A stretch of 61,919 nucleotides of DNA, filler included, from Diploschistes diacapsis (GCA_023645945.1; 5 parts of 5 records of this genome joined end to end with filler, not necessarily neighbours in it), one strand, 5' to 3'. Shown: positions 25,164-38,540, numbered from the whole stretch's first letter. Notes: generated from the letters alone by a model not told the origin. Numbers and translations: made by a program.

Positions 25164-27560
25164 ATGGCTTCAGGTGACAACACGCTCTTTAGGCGTTCAA
25201 GTAATGATCAGATACCTATGGATGGGACTGGTCAGTTTCTTTGCTGTTATGGTTGATTATGCGAGCTGATACTATTCAGGCGTTGTTCTCGTAGACCCCT
25301 CGCTCTCGCCCTTCAAAGAGGCATTGAGAAATCGTTTCAGCCTAGCCCATAAGTGGATCAAGGACATTGATAGTAATGAAGGCGGACTGGAGAGGTTCAG
25401 TAGAGGCTTTGAGCGATTCGGTTTCAACTTTCAAAACAACGGTGATATCATATATCGAGAATGGGCGCCCAATGCCACTCAAGCTTTCTTGATCGGCGCA
25501 TTTAGTAAGTCGAAACTATGGCAGACGAGGAACGTTTAAAACTCACACCATCAAGATGACTGGAACCGAGAGTCGCATCCAATGACGAAGAATGAATATG
25601 GGGTATGGGAGATCACATTACCAGCAACAAACGGACACCCAGTTATACAGCATGACACTAAGTTGAAGGTGCGCAGTACTCGTCATCATACCGCGAAGAA
25701 CTAGCTGACTTGCCGCCAGATCTCGATGATCGTTCCTTCGGGAGAGCGCATCGAACGTATACCGGCTTGGATAAAGCGCGTTACGCAAGACCTTTCAGTT
25801 TCTCCAATATACGATGCCGTCTTCTGGAACCCTCCCTCGTCTGAAAGGTATAAATTTAAGAATGAGAGACCTTCAAAACCGTCTAGCGTACGCATTTACG
25901 AAGCACACGTGGGAATTTCATCACCAGAGCAGCGAGTGGCAACCTACAGAGAGTTCACGCAGAACATGCTACCAAGGATCCACTACTTGGGCTACAATGT
26001 CATCCAGCTGATGGCAGTAATGGAGCACGCATACTACGCCAGCTTCGGGTACCAGGTAAACAGCTTTTTTGCCGCTAGCAGCCGGTATGGTACACCCGAG
26101 GAGCTGAAGGAGCTCATTGACACAGCACACGGTTTGGGTATAACAGTCTTGCTCGACGTTGTGCACAGTCACGCATCAAAAAATGTAGATGACGGGCTCA
26201 ACGAGTTCGATGGAACAGACCACCTTTACTTCCATGGTGGCACCAAAGGTCATCATGAGCTCTGGGACAGTCGCCTCTTCAATTATGGAAGTCACGAGGT
26301 CCTGAGATTTCTATTGTCTAATCTTCGCTTCTGGATGGATGAATATCGCTTCGATGGCTTTAGGTTTGACGGTGTTACGAGTATGTTGTACAAGCACCAC
26401 GGGATCGGCACGTAGGTTTTTAGCCCGGCGACCTAGTTTCGATTATCATGCTGAAAAGTCTCTAGTGGCTTCTCTGGCGGATACCACGAATACTTCGGCG
26501 GCTCTGTTGATGAGGAGGGTGTGGTCTATCTCATGCTCGCTAATGAAATGCTTCACGAACTCTACCCGAACGTCATCACAATTGCCGAAGATGTTTCAGG
26601 AATGCCAGCGTTGTGCCTGCCTCTGTCGCTTGGAGGCATAGGATTCGACTACAGATTAGCGATGGCCGTTCCTGACTTGTATATCAAATGGCTCAAGGAA
26701 AAACAAGATTTGGAATGGGACATGGGAGCTTTAGCATTCACGTTGACGAACCGGCGGTATCGTGAGAAGACGATAGCTTATGCTGAAAGCCATGATCAAG
26801 CGTAAGGAGATGAGGCGCCCGTTGCGGAATTTGCTAATCGTTCTCTCAGGCTTGTTGGTGACAAGTCACTACTTTTCTGGCTATGCGACAAGGAGATGTA
26901 CACCCATATGTCAACCTTAAGCGAGTTCACTCCGGTGATTGAGCGAGGTCTCAGCCTCCACAAAATGATTCGTCTAGTCACTCATGGTCTCGGGGGGGAA
27001 GGCTATCTCAACTTTGAGGGCAACGAGTTTGGTCATCCTGAGTGGCTCGATTTTCCCCGGGCAGGCAACAACAACAGTTTCTGGTATGCCCGGCGTCAGT
27101 TCCAACTCGCGGACGACCCGCTTCTGCGGTACAGGTTTCTCAATGAATTCGATCGGAAAATGCAAACCATGGAGGCGAAGTATGGTTGGCTGCATACGCC
27201 CCAAGCGTATGTCAGCCTTAAGAACGAGTCGGACAAGATGCTTGTTTTCGAGCGGGCTGGTCTGTTATGGGTCTTCAATTTCCACCCAGAGAAGAGCTTC
27301 GCTGATTACAGAGTCGGGGTTGAAGAAGCTGGAACATACCAAATTGTGATAGATACCGATGACCAAGATTTTGGTGGTCTTGGTAGGAACGTCAAGGGAA
27401 CAAGGTTCTTTACCACGCCATACCCGTGGAACAACCGCAAAAACTTCTTGCATGTGTACGTCCCAGTCCGGACAGCCATTGTGAGTACCAGATATGTTGC
27501 TACCTACTGAACATTAACTGACCCCTTGGCCAGGTTCTCGCGCTGGAGTCGACCCTGTAG
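25164..27560 (+). CDS. GLC3: 1,4-alpha-glucan (glycogen) branching enzyme, GH13
   Basis: [67 protein letters not shown]; canonical introns; stop TAG 27558-27560. Confidence 0.97.
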
Positions 27561-28075
27561 ATGCCAAGGTATACACCTAACGCAACCTAAGCACAGGACC
27601 GTCCGCCCAGCCCAGCCTTTTGATGTATGCATATCAGTCCATGGGGCCTCAGCCCTTCCGAGGATGATATTACCGAAGAGCATAGGCGGTCTATGTTCGT
27701 AGGCAAACAAGCTCTCGATGCGACGCACCAAGGCGCGAGAAATCGCGCACATGCTGACTCACCAACGCTCTACGGTGTTGTGACTTTGTATGCTTACGTG
27801 GACAGACGACTGGACGCTGAGAGATTCCTCAGCTTGGCAAATTTCAGAAAATTTTGGGCGTTCACAGGCTGTAAGCTACCTGGGTAACCGCTATGCAGCA
27901 ACAACAAGAAACTAGCTCTCTGAGAGTGGACAGGCACGCTTATTGGTTGAATTTGGGCTGAAAACTGCAAGGCTTTTGATTGGCTGATCTGAATAGTCGT
28001 AGTGCCAAGACCGGGACAGCTTTTTTCCGGGGTGCCAACTGACAGACGCTGTATGTAATCATCATTCAGGTTCTA

Positions 28076-28445
28076 ACGTGTTTCACCACGAAACGGAACA
28101 CACCACCAAAATCCCTGCACCTTCGTAAAGTGTATTTCTTAACATTTTCACCTTTCGTACGATAACATTCTCTTATTATGGATACTCAAGAAGGCCGAAT
28201 CGCTTTCGCATTACATGCTTTACAATCTAAAGAATGTAAATCCGTACGGCAAGCCAGTAAACGATACGGAATTCCTTTAACAACGCTCCATCGTGGTTGT
28301 GGGGCTTCGTACGGAATAGGCTTAGCTCAAAAGCTCGCTTAAAACTTAGAAACTAAACTAAATATGGAAGCGCTCGATCTAGCGCAATTACATTATAATG
28401 TAGTGTTCCGCTTGGTGGTGTGTTCCGTTTCGTGGTGAAACACGT
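28076..28445 (+). mobile_element. Fot1/pogo internal-deletion derivative (MITE copy B, 370 bp) in the ERG24 upstream region
   Basis: TA-ACGTGTTTCACCACGAAACGGAACACACCACCAA and its reverse complement at the other end, TA on both sides; retains the transposase 5' end. Confidence 0.92.
28178..28342 (+). CDS. 54-aa mini-ORF: N-terminal HTH of a Fot1-type transposase fused to a short tail
   Basis: MDTQEGRIAFALHALQSKECKSVRQASKRYGIPLTTLHR-GCGASYGIGLAQKLA*, no internal stops; expression unknown. Confidence 0.5.
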   Translation: MDTQEGRIAFALHALQSKECKSVRQASKRYGIPLTTLHRGCGASYGIGLAQKLA

Positions 28446-28536
28446 TATCAACAAGAATTGCGCTTTGTGACCCCTAGTATTCAGTGTTCTGGGTACCTCC
28501 TACAGTTTAGCTTGACTGGAACTCATTCTCAAAACC

Positions 28537-30084
28537 ATGTCCAAGAGCGAGCGAAAATCCAAGCTTCCCGCCAAACCAACACATGGCTATGAGTTTGGCG
28601 GACCGTAAGTCCCAGCACAATATCGTTCATTACAAGAGCAATTGTTAATACGGACGTTCTAGCATTGGCACATTCCTCCTCACGGGCGTGTTGATAGTCA
28701 CCACATATAGCCTCACCTACCTCTGCAACGACGTGACAGGCTGCCCCGTACCCTCCCTCCTCCACCCATCGACGCTCACACTCGAGAAGCTCAAGAGGGA
28801 AACTGGTTGGCCAAAAGATGGCATATACGGTCTCGTTAGCCTCGAAGCTACAGGCTGGGTGTTATGCTATTACCTTACGAGCCTGACACTCTACGCCTTT
28901 CTCCCGGCCCAGGTGCACGTCGGCTCCGTCTTAGAGTCTGGCGGACGCCTTAAGTACAGATTTAATGGTACACATTCTTCTGTAGCGGGTTCCCAACCCA
29001 ACCAACTAACTCTATCGTAGCTTTCAGTTCCTCTCTGCTCACCCTCTCCGCCTGCGGCCTGGGCACCTTCCTCTACGGTTCATCGTTCCCTCTGTGGACA
29101 TACATCTGGGACAATTACCCTCAGATCGTAACAGCCAACATCTTCATTGCCTTTGCTCTCTCGTTCTTTGTCTACATCAAGTCTTTCTCCGTAACCCCCA
29201 ACAACCCGTCCAACCGCGAGCTTGCCGCGGGGGGCCACAGCGGCAACATGATCTACGACTGGTTCATCGGGCGCGAGCTCAATCCGCGGGTAAACCTTCC
29301 CATCTTTGGCGAAGTCGACCTCAAAGTCTTTTGCGAATTGAGACCCGGGCTCTTGGGATGGATAGTATTGGACTACGCCTTCATGGCGCACCAATACTCC
29401 ACCTACGGCTACGTGTCAGACAGCATGCTACTTATCACCGCCTTCCAGACCCTCTACGTGGCAGATGCGATGTACATGGAAGCCGCCATCACGACCACCA
29501 TCGACATCACCACCGACGGCTTCGGGTTCATGCTGGCGTTTGGCGATCTGGTCTGGGTGCCAGCCGTTTACTCCCTGCAAACCCGCTACCTCGCCGTATA
29601 CCCCGTCGATCTAGGATTGAGCGGAATAGCCGGCGTGCTCGCCGTGCAAGGGCTAGGGTACTACATATTCCGGGCCAGCAACAACGAGAAGAACCGCTTC
29701 CGCACGGACCCGTCACACCCAGCCGTCAAGCATCTCGAGTACATCGAAACCAGGACGGGAAGCAAGCTCCTGACCTCCGGATGGTGGGGTACGGCGCGAC
29801 ACATCAATTACCTGGGAGACTGGATCATGGCGTGGTCGTACTGCCTGCCCACCGGCATTGCGGGGTATCTGATCAAGGCCAATCCTTTGGCGCCGACCGA
29901 GGTGGTGCAGGGGGAGGCGAGGGGCTGGGGCATGGCGGTTACCTACTTTTACGTCTTGTACTTTGCGGTGCTGCTGATCCATCGCGAGAGGAGGGACGAC
30001 GAGAAGTGCCATCGGAAATACGGCGCCGATTGGGAGGAGTACAGGCGGAGAGTGCCGAGCAGGATCCTGCCGGGCATATATTGA
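28537..30084 (+). CDS. ERG24: Delta(14)-sterol reductase
   Basis: HGYEFGGP, GNMIYDWFIGRELNPR, DLKVFCELRPG, DITTDGFGFMLAFGDLVWVP, LLTSGWWGTARHINYLGD, LLIHRERRDDEKC; two introns. Confidence 0.95.
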
Positions 30085-30977
30085 GGTGATGGAAGGGTCT
30101 TCCGACCTCGCGCTAGATGAGAAGCGGTGGAAAGTTGGAGACATGGTGGGATGGAGGCTGGGGTTAGCGTGCGGATACAACGTGACTGGCTGAGGAAGGA
30201 TGCAATGCTCGAGGAGTGCCAGGAAGGCATTAAGCTAGGAGCGAGGTAGCGAAGGCCTCGCGAACAGATGTAGGAAGAGGAGGAGGAAGAGGCATCGAAG
30301 TGATGGGCAAGAGGACGTCTGGTCCACTAATTTCTATCGTCATCTGGAGGAAAGGGGAACAGCATGTTTTTCAGCCCGTATTTCCAGAAATGGAATAATA
30401 GAATATTTGGAGAAATAGCCAACCGCATTTGCTCTCCTCCTGCTTTTGCTTTGCCTCGCGCTGTGTCCGGCCCGTGGGGCGTAAGCTAATACCGAAGCGT
30501 AGACGATGCGGTCAGAGAGGCGATGCCCAACTTGACCGCAAAAAGGCCTCAATGCCCTACTTGTATGTAGGCATATATGCCCCTTATATGACTGTATGTA
30601 CCTGGTTTCGAGAGAGAGCCGTGGACAGAACACATGCTAACTCATGACGGCTAGAAGATGTAATACTCGGTGTGTATATATCCCCGAGATGATTTCGAAC
30701 ATTCTACCAGATATTCCACACTTAAAAAAAAATTTTAAAAGAAAAGAAAAGAAAAGAAATTAACGGCAACGACTTCCGCATTTTTGTGACTTACTTTCTG
30801 GCAAAGTACCCACACAACGCAGAGGGGGGGGCCGTCTGATACTTCCATCTATAGCAAGCAAGCGATGATCGGGATGTGGCAAAAAAAACCCGGGAAAAGG
30901 GGGGGAAACATGGGGGAAAGTCCATCACAGAACATAACCCAATAGGAAAAAAAAAAGGAGGAAGCAAAAAAAGAACC

Positions 30978-31060
30978 TTGTCACCGAGAGGCTCGAACTC
31001 TCAACCTCGGCCTTGCATATCATATTAGGACCACGCGCTAACCAATTGCGCCAGGCGACC
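30978..31060 (-). tRNA. tRNA-Ile (anticodon AAT) with a 9-nt intron
   Basis: Cloverleaf GGTCGCC-TG-GCGC AATTGGTTA GCGC-G-TGGTC CT AAT A [TGATATGCA] A GGCCG-AGGTT-GAGAG TTCGAGC CTCTC-GGTGACA-A; downstream oligo-T Pol III terminator. Confidence 0.88.
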
Positions 31061-32509
31061 TGTACTTGTGCTGAGCAATTTGTATCTCGACGACAGGCAA
31101 TCACAGACAAAAACATGGGGAAAAAGCGAGAAGAGGTCAATGTGAACGTGCGCCGATGCAGTTTCGATTGGATTACAAACTAAAGTCTCCCCGTCAATCA
31201 ATCCATCCATCCATCACCAAAGCCCAGCTTTGCTTAGTATGTAAGTAGTGCGCGTCCAGCACATCCGTACTCTCCCCACCAGCCTCCATTCCTTGTCAAA
31301 AGGAAAAATACCAGCGACACCACCCACTCGGCAGAAGAACAAGCGCGCAACAGACAGAGGTAAACCCAATCAAGGGGACCGGTCCGTCTGCCGCGTCATG
31401 TCTCCGAAGCCAGGCCAGGATAGGCGAGTGTCGTGGAGGGCGGGACTTCCCCAGCATTCGATGCCGGGACGGGCTGGATTGTGTGTTTGGCCCGTTTCGC
31501 ACCTACAGTCTTCTGTGTGGAGTCGAATCGATATAGTGTTTGTGTCTTGTACCTGTTTAGTGAAGGCCAGCGCGTCGGCGAACGAGAGAGCCGCGAGGAC
31601 AGAGCCGCGTGGACAGAGCCTGCGGGGTAGTTTCAATGACGAAGGAAAGGTAGAGATGAAATCATAGCTGGCATGATTTCATCCCCGTGTTCCCACTTCC
31701 TTACCCAGGGCCGTCACGGACGGGAACCTGGGTTCGTCACCGTTCCACTTCGGGCAGGATGTCGTTCTGGGGGCTTCTTCGGTTGTTGATCGCGGTAGGG
31801 TTCGAGTAAGACGAGATTCGGTTCAGGGACAGAAAAGGGGGCATCACATTCAGGCGTGTCCGGACGCTCTGGATGTGGTTCGTGTAGATGTCACCCAACA
31901 TCTGAAATGATGCGAAAGGAAGAAGATCCTGCCGAAACCGCGCGGCGGGTCGGGTTGGGTGAGGGGAAGGAATTCTGAAGGTCTGTTGAGCAGTCTCCTC
32001 ACCATGCGCTGCTGCTGAACTCGTGATGTATTTGGAAAACCGAGGATTAGCGGACTAGCCAGCTCATGTCGTCGTGAATGCCGTGATGTCCATCAAAAGA
32101 TCGTGTGCTTGCGCAAATGAAAGACCGTAAGCATGCCGTCATATTCCCTGCCGCGCATCCGACACTAGAAATCCAAATTAAGAACGAATAGAACCAACTT
32201 TGGCCGCGAGGCTCTTCCTGTATAGTTTGTGATACAGCACGATATACCTCCCAGCGATTTTCGTATAGACTATGGTAGTAACCGTGATAACCTGCCGGAT
32301 TGCAATGCAGAAAGGAGAAGAGAAAAGACACAAATCAGCAACGCTTGCTAAAAAAAAACCCAATCCAAGGAAAAGTGAGTTGTGTGATAAGGCTGTATCC
32401 GTGTCACATGATTCAAGCCAATCGTCCGTTGAATCAAGCCCACCGGCATCTGCGTGAAAGGAGCATAGAGGAGTTCCAAATCTGCTGACCATGCCATGTG
32501 CATCATCAA

Positions 32510-33580
32510 CTACATTGTAGTCCCCACAAAAGGCATCGTGTACTCGTTGTAGCGATCCCATGCAAATCCACCGCCAAAGCCATCGAAGCCGGCGCTTGAG
32601 CTGCACTGCTGCGCAAGCATACTCGGCATCGGCAGTTGAGGGAAGATAGGCGTGGAAGTCATTGGTGCACATGTCATTGAAGCACAAGTCATTGGCGTGC
32701 TGTAGTACTCTGGGGTGCTATAGCATGCGGATGAGTATGGTTGGCTGTATGATGGCGCCGGCGAAGGGAGTTGGAACTCGTCCATGCTCAAACTTGTCCA
32801 CATGTGGGGGTTGGAGTCCACTGAAGAGGTTGTGCTAGGGCTCGAAGGTAGAAACTGAGCGTGTGACTGGATCGCAGATGGCCACCATGTCTCAGGTCCT
32901 GTTGAGCTTGGCAAGATGGGGGTGGGTCGGATTATTTCGGGAGCTCTCGGTGGGGGTGGCAGTAAAGGCAAGAACAGATTCATGATCTGAGACTTTACTT
33001 CATCGGCACCACCAGACAAGAGCTCTCCTCCACCGTCTTCTTCCAGTCCCTCCAGAGCCGTGGCCACGGTCCTGAAGACGAACTTGTTGATGGCTTGCAC
33101 AAAGTCCTCTTGGAGCTTCTTGAGTTGAGTCTCCTTTTCCGACCAGTTCCAGGTGTTGGCAGATGCATCGACGGAAAAGATTTCTTTGTGGTACTCAATG
33201 AGGCTGTCAATGGTGTCTTGCGCAAGCTTGAAAGCGACTTCATTTTGCGATACCATATCGACATGAACAACGTATGCTTCAATATGGAGCAATTGGTAGT
33301 TGAAGAGCGCTTCGATGAGCGGATTATCGTCCCTGCGGAGCTCGCTATCCGGCGCCTTGGGCAGCATTATAGAGCATAGCGTCCATATGGCCGTGGGTGC
33401 GGACAAGGTCTCTGTCAGACACCGTTGGTGCTGTGGTACGCTGTTCAACGGTCGCTTGATCCGGTTGATTCTCTTCAACGTCGCGGTCAGCCATGGCTCA
33501 ACTTTGGAATTGAGGACCACGTTGCAGGTTCCTCGTGGAGCAAACGCGGCTGCCGAAGCTGGCAGCAATGTAACCGGCAT
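32510..33580 (-). CDS. Conserved-looking fungal protein of unknown function (intronless)
   Basis: Long ORF with coding-like composition; ordered N-terminal domain (MPVTLLPASAAAFAPR..KVEPWLTATLKR) and a Pro/Ser-rich tail. Confidence 0.85.
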   Translation of the reverse strand: MPVTLLPASAAAFAPRGTCNVVLNSKVEPWLTATLKRINRIKRPLNSVPQHQRCLTETLSAPTAIWTLCSIMLPKAPDSELRRDDNPLIEALFNYQLLHIEAYVVHVDMVSQNEVAFKLAQDTIDSLIEYHKEIFSVDASANTWNWSEKETQLKKLQEDFVQAINKFVFRTVATALEGLEEDGGGELLSGGADEVKSQIMNLFLPLLPPPPRAPEIIRPTPILPSSTGPETWWPSAIQSHAQFLPSSPSTTSSVDSNPHMWTSLSMDEFQLPSPAPSYSQPYSSACYSTPEYYSTPMTCASMTCAPMTSTPIFPQLPMPSMLAQQCSSSAGFDGFGGGFAWDRYNEYTMPFVGTTM

Positions 33581-35504
33581 GACGAAGATGAGGGTATTGT
33601 AAAGAAATATGCGACAGGATATCAATATAAGTGGATTTGTTAATAGCAGTAAGGAAATGATACTGAGAAGTGCTAAGAAGTGATTGTCTGACGACTCCCG
33701 AGTGATGTAAGAAGAGATTAGACAAGTGGAACGCCTGAAGGAGAGGTAGGTAGGTAGGAAAGAAGGGAATTAAGGCGCTGAAGGTAGTGAGGGAGGGAGG
33801 AAGGTGGTAGAGGAGGGATGAGGATGAGGATGAGGATGAGGATGAAGATGAAGATATCACGGGGAGGGTAAGGGTAGAAAAGGAAGAGAAGGTTCAGTTC
33901 GGTTTCGGTCACAAAGTGGGGGGAAAGAGGCGAGTGGAAAGCGTAGGGCTAAGCAGGCAAGCGTTGTGCACTACTGCACAGTACAAGGTCTTTGTATATT
34001 GCGGCTGGGACCGGAAACACCTAGGTAAGTTGATCACCAAAACTTGAAATAATACACCATACCGTACCGTACGCCGTAACTTTGTTCTAGACTGAAAATA
34101 GCCTGACCAGATACTCAGCCAGAATCATCGGTGATCGGGGCAAGTCTCGCTGCTTGTTTCGCTGCTTGTTTCGTATACTATCATGGGCGCAGTAAGCGTT
34201 AGCTGCTTCCCATACGCACCTTCGTTTGAATCGGAACACGCCATGGCCATAGCCGAAGCATGGATACAGTGTTTCCACGCGATGTACAGACTCCAGTTTT
34301 GCTATTGTTTAAGCGAGGACAACACACTTTGGGACGGCTATCGTCGTCTTACCGATTGTGTCGTACTGGAAGTCCCAGGGCGATTTGATATGCAGCTAGG
34401 CATCGTCGCCACTGTACCGGTTTCTGCAGAGTCAACTCCTTTCCCCATCTCCGTACGACGCGCCGACGCCATATCTAGCTTTGCGGCTTCTGTTGCATGA
34501 TTCCGAGATTGCATGTTCAGTGAGGAGCCTTTCAATTTTCTCAGCCTGATGCTGTGTTAGAAGCCAATTTCAAGCGGATCAAGTACTCGGTACAGCTAAT
34601 GCAACTTTACTGAACTATTCGTTACTGTGGCTACTAAGTATACTGTACAGTCTGCATATGCGCACGGAGGCTATCCTGGCCAGAGTTGTCGGAAGTTTTT
34701 CCGTTGATATTCCTGTTGAGTCAACCTGAAGTGCAGTTAGAAGATGGCAATAGATTCCAGAATTTGTCCGACTTTCAAAGGCCGCGATGCTAGCAAGCGA
34801 TGTAAGACTAGGCAAGTTGGTGATCAAGAATGGTCGAAGCGCTTTGCATCACGATCTGATCACATGGTCGTTTGAAGCTTGTACGAAATGTGCTTTGATT
34901 GAGCAGAAATCAGGTTCCAAGTTGTTTTCTCCCTAGTCCCTAAACCGATGCACATGCTTTGAATGCTCCATCATCGGTTCTCTGGGGTCGCGCCATAATG
35001 GAGATATGCGGTTCTTATTCGCACCTCTGAAGCTACAGCGATATGCTAGAACAAGGGGAACAGGCAATTTGAACATGCATAAGCGGCGATGGAAGGCACG
35101 AAGAATGTTCTTTACGCCTTCTGGCAATCTTCGTACAAAACCAAAGAGAAGGTAATTCCCCGTACCATTCTCTGGCAGTAACATGGCAACAAAGATCACG
35201 GGGTGGTGTGAATTATGTGATGAGCTTGTGACCAGTCGATGGGCCCCTCAGAGCACGAAGCTAAGATAGCTGTTTCGACACGACGATGCTCTTGGACCAC
35301 TTCTGAACTGGGATTCGCCAGAGCGGAGGAAAGAGGTGGATAGGGCTATTAGTTCATATCCCTGTCTCCGTCGACGATTGGATTGAGCAATCAGAGGTCA
35401 GATCTCTAGTGTCGTACGCTTCGGTAATATTACGAGCAGTGTCAGGTGACTTTACCGTTTCTGGTTAGCCTTGTTCACCCACTTGCAGATTGACGAGAAG
35501 GCTC

Positions 35505-35576
35505 TATATTTGTTCTGTATTTGTTCTATATTTGTTCTATATTTGTGCGATATTTGTGCGATATTTGTCCGATATT
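35505..35576. repeat. 11-bp tandem repeat (ATATTTGTTCT/ATATTTGTGCG), about 6 units
   Basis: Directly visible. Confidence 0.75.
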
Positions 35577-38540
35577 GTGGCTTTGCAGCTAAAGCCACAG
35601 GCACAGCCTCAACCCGTCGGGGTAGGTAGCCGCTACCTTATCCGGTAAAGCGTTGTTCTTCGGTCCCCACCGATAAAGTCGCCACACCCCTTACGACCTT
35701 CGACCCCAAAAAAGGGACAAGCCTTTGATCCTCAGCCTCTTCTCGTGGCTGCAGATTTAAGATGTCAAGGAACGAAGTCGGATGCCATTGATGCCTAGGC
35801 TGGCAGGCTGGCAGGCTGTTGTGGCCCTGCATCTTCCAAACCAGAGCTGCCAGCCCTGCTACGAGCGAAAGGTTGTTTGATTACTGACGGGGCATCGCGC
35901 TAATTCTGTTTCTGATGCCGCCGTCTCGCAAAGCTCAACCCATCCTGTTACAGAATGCATGCACTCCTTTGTTTCTCGCTGTTCATCCGTGATGCAGAGA
36001 CGACTGGGGTCTCAGCTATCTGGGCCTTGGAGAGACTATCAACACTCGCAATACACAACGTTGTAGGAGCGCGCAAGCTAGGATCAGCACGGATACATTT
36101 CTCAATCTCGGAGCTGAGGCCACTTTGTCGTGATTTGCATGTCGAGAGCCCAGGGCAGGAACTGGCCGTTCTTGGCCGCTGCCGTTCGCACCTTTTGCTC
36201 CAGGAGGAACCCATGCTTACCCCATGTTGGGTCAGCAAACGCTAGCTACGAAGAACGATGAGCACGTCACTTGGGATCGCCACGTGCAGGCAGCAAAGAA
36301 AGGTAGCTAACCTTCTTGTCGTGCTCGGTTCCTGTTTGTTTGATAATGGAAAGAAGCCCGAAATGAGCATCTGCAAGCTGGTTGAGGATGATGGCTGCTG
36401 TATGTCTATGGGCGTTCTACTGTGCCCTCAGTTATCTTTTGGGGAGCTGCTACTTGCCTAACTGCATTTCTGGATTTGCAATTTCGTAATCATCGCAGCT
36501 TTTCGCAGCAGTCATAGCTGCAGGCATGACGCTCCTCATCTCATACTCCACGTTCTCAGATTATCGCCTGTTTGTTGCCGTCCTTCGTTGTCTCTGTTGG
36601 GGGCCACTCGAGTGCTTTTCAGTAGCATCCAGAGGTTCTCAGCTTTCATGATGCTGCAGTACCTTCTCTACTCTTGCATTCAACAGGGATACGGAGATGC
36701 ATTTGGCCTCCTTGAAAAGCAGCATCAAGCCTTACGTCGCTCCCTTCTGCATCTCATTCTAGTGCATCAAGTCAGTTGTGCATCCAGTCGCCCTTGGTTC
36801 ATGAGCGACTCTCCGTGATCATACTTTTAACACATGAGCACCTTCCCAACTTCCATGTGCCTTTTGGGGATGTTGCGTGGAGGGTTCCTCACCGACGAAT
36901 ATTTACGCAAAATGTACCTTCATGTTCAGCCCACCTGTGCCGCTCCTGAAGGAGTGATGACTATTCCCTCCCACGCCCGGGGAGGCAATAGTCCTGTCAC
37001 GGAGTGCCCCTACGGCCAATAAGTCGTTGACGGCTATAATCCTCCTAGGTCGCTTCTGGGGGTAACGCTAAAAGATCGAGGGGCTACTTCACAACATTAT
37101 AGGCTTTACAGGCATTCTAACGTAACTGGCATCTTTTTTGGCCCTGCCTCAAGCGACGATAGAACCTGAACCGATAGGGGATCTGAACAAAAATGAAGGT
37201 ATCCGCACCAATGAATGCTCAGTGAGCATTCCATAGAGATGGTACGTGATAGGTATTAGTCCATTTCTTACCAAAATCGATTCTTGAGGAGGTCTTGTGT
37301 GATTCAATATACTCTTAAAAAATGTTTATATCTGTTCCATTAAAAGAATTACTACCACTACCTAGTCCCTGCCGCTGCAAACGTATTGTGGGGGCTCACT
37401 TTTCTGCCATCTTCACAGCCTCGCCTACTATCAAGGTAGCGCTGTGTCCTATAAGGCCACCGAAAAACGTACTCAACTCATCCTCCCTTAGCAATCCATC
37501 TTTCCCAACCTAGATTCAGTCGTCCCCAACTTTCCCAAAATCATCATGATCATTTCCAGGCCGGGGCAGTCAACACCAAGCCTAGATCTGGTTTAATCCT
37601 ATCTACCGTCGGTGGCGTTCCCATAAAACAGCTGCGAATAGCGTGAGAGGCACGCAGACACCGTGATATCCCACGCGCCCTCACTCAACTGACTATATTT
37701 TGACAGATATCGTCGCCAGGGCCGCGGCACTCCTTGCAGTATCACGTCACGTACTTAATCTGCATGGTTGTCTAATCCAATCCAACCCAACCCAACCCAG
37801 TTCAATCCGATCTGATCCGATCCGACCTCCTTGCCTTGGGACATTCTTCTCCTTTGCTCCTCTACCTTAGGCCATCCTTCCCCCTTGCTTATCTGTTATA
37901 ACTAGCCTACGACGGCTGCCACCTCCTCGATGAGCCTACCGACGTTCGCGGCATTCACGCCGCTTGTTGTACACGTATACAGCACCAACCACCACCACCA
38001 CCACCGAAAATTCGTGGCGGACTTATATACGCCCGTCTGTACTTTCTCTTTCTTGTCGTCCGTTCAGAAACCCTTCCTCTTTCCGCGACCTTCTCCTTCT
38101 GCTCCTCTTTCTTGGTCGGAGCCCAACTCTATAAGAGGGACTAGAGGTATATGGGCATTGAAACGCTGGCGATCACGTGAGTCCATTCCGTTTTCTAAAT
38201 CCATTCCAAATCAATCCAGTTCGCTTTCATTTCCGTGCCCGCAAAAACTGTCCGATCGTCGGTCTCGTGTGCAAAAACCCCCAAATCGAATTCAGTGCTC
38301 CAGCCTGACCCCAGCGCGACTATGATGGGCTACTATACTCTCGTAATGATGAGGCCTGGCGCATCTTAAGTAAGGGCCAATCTTCGAGGGCCGAGTAAAA
38401 AAAAGTCCCAGGATACGTCAAAGTCAAGACCTCTCTCTGTCTGGAATTCTGTTTCCATCTGTGTTTGGAAACACTACATAGATCCATGCATATGTATATA
38501 TTTTTTATATATATTATACATCTTTTCCCCGCACGTAGTT

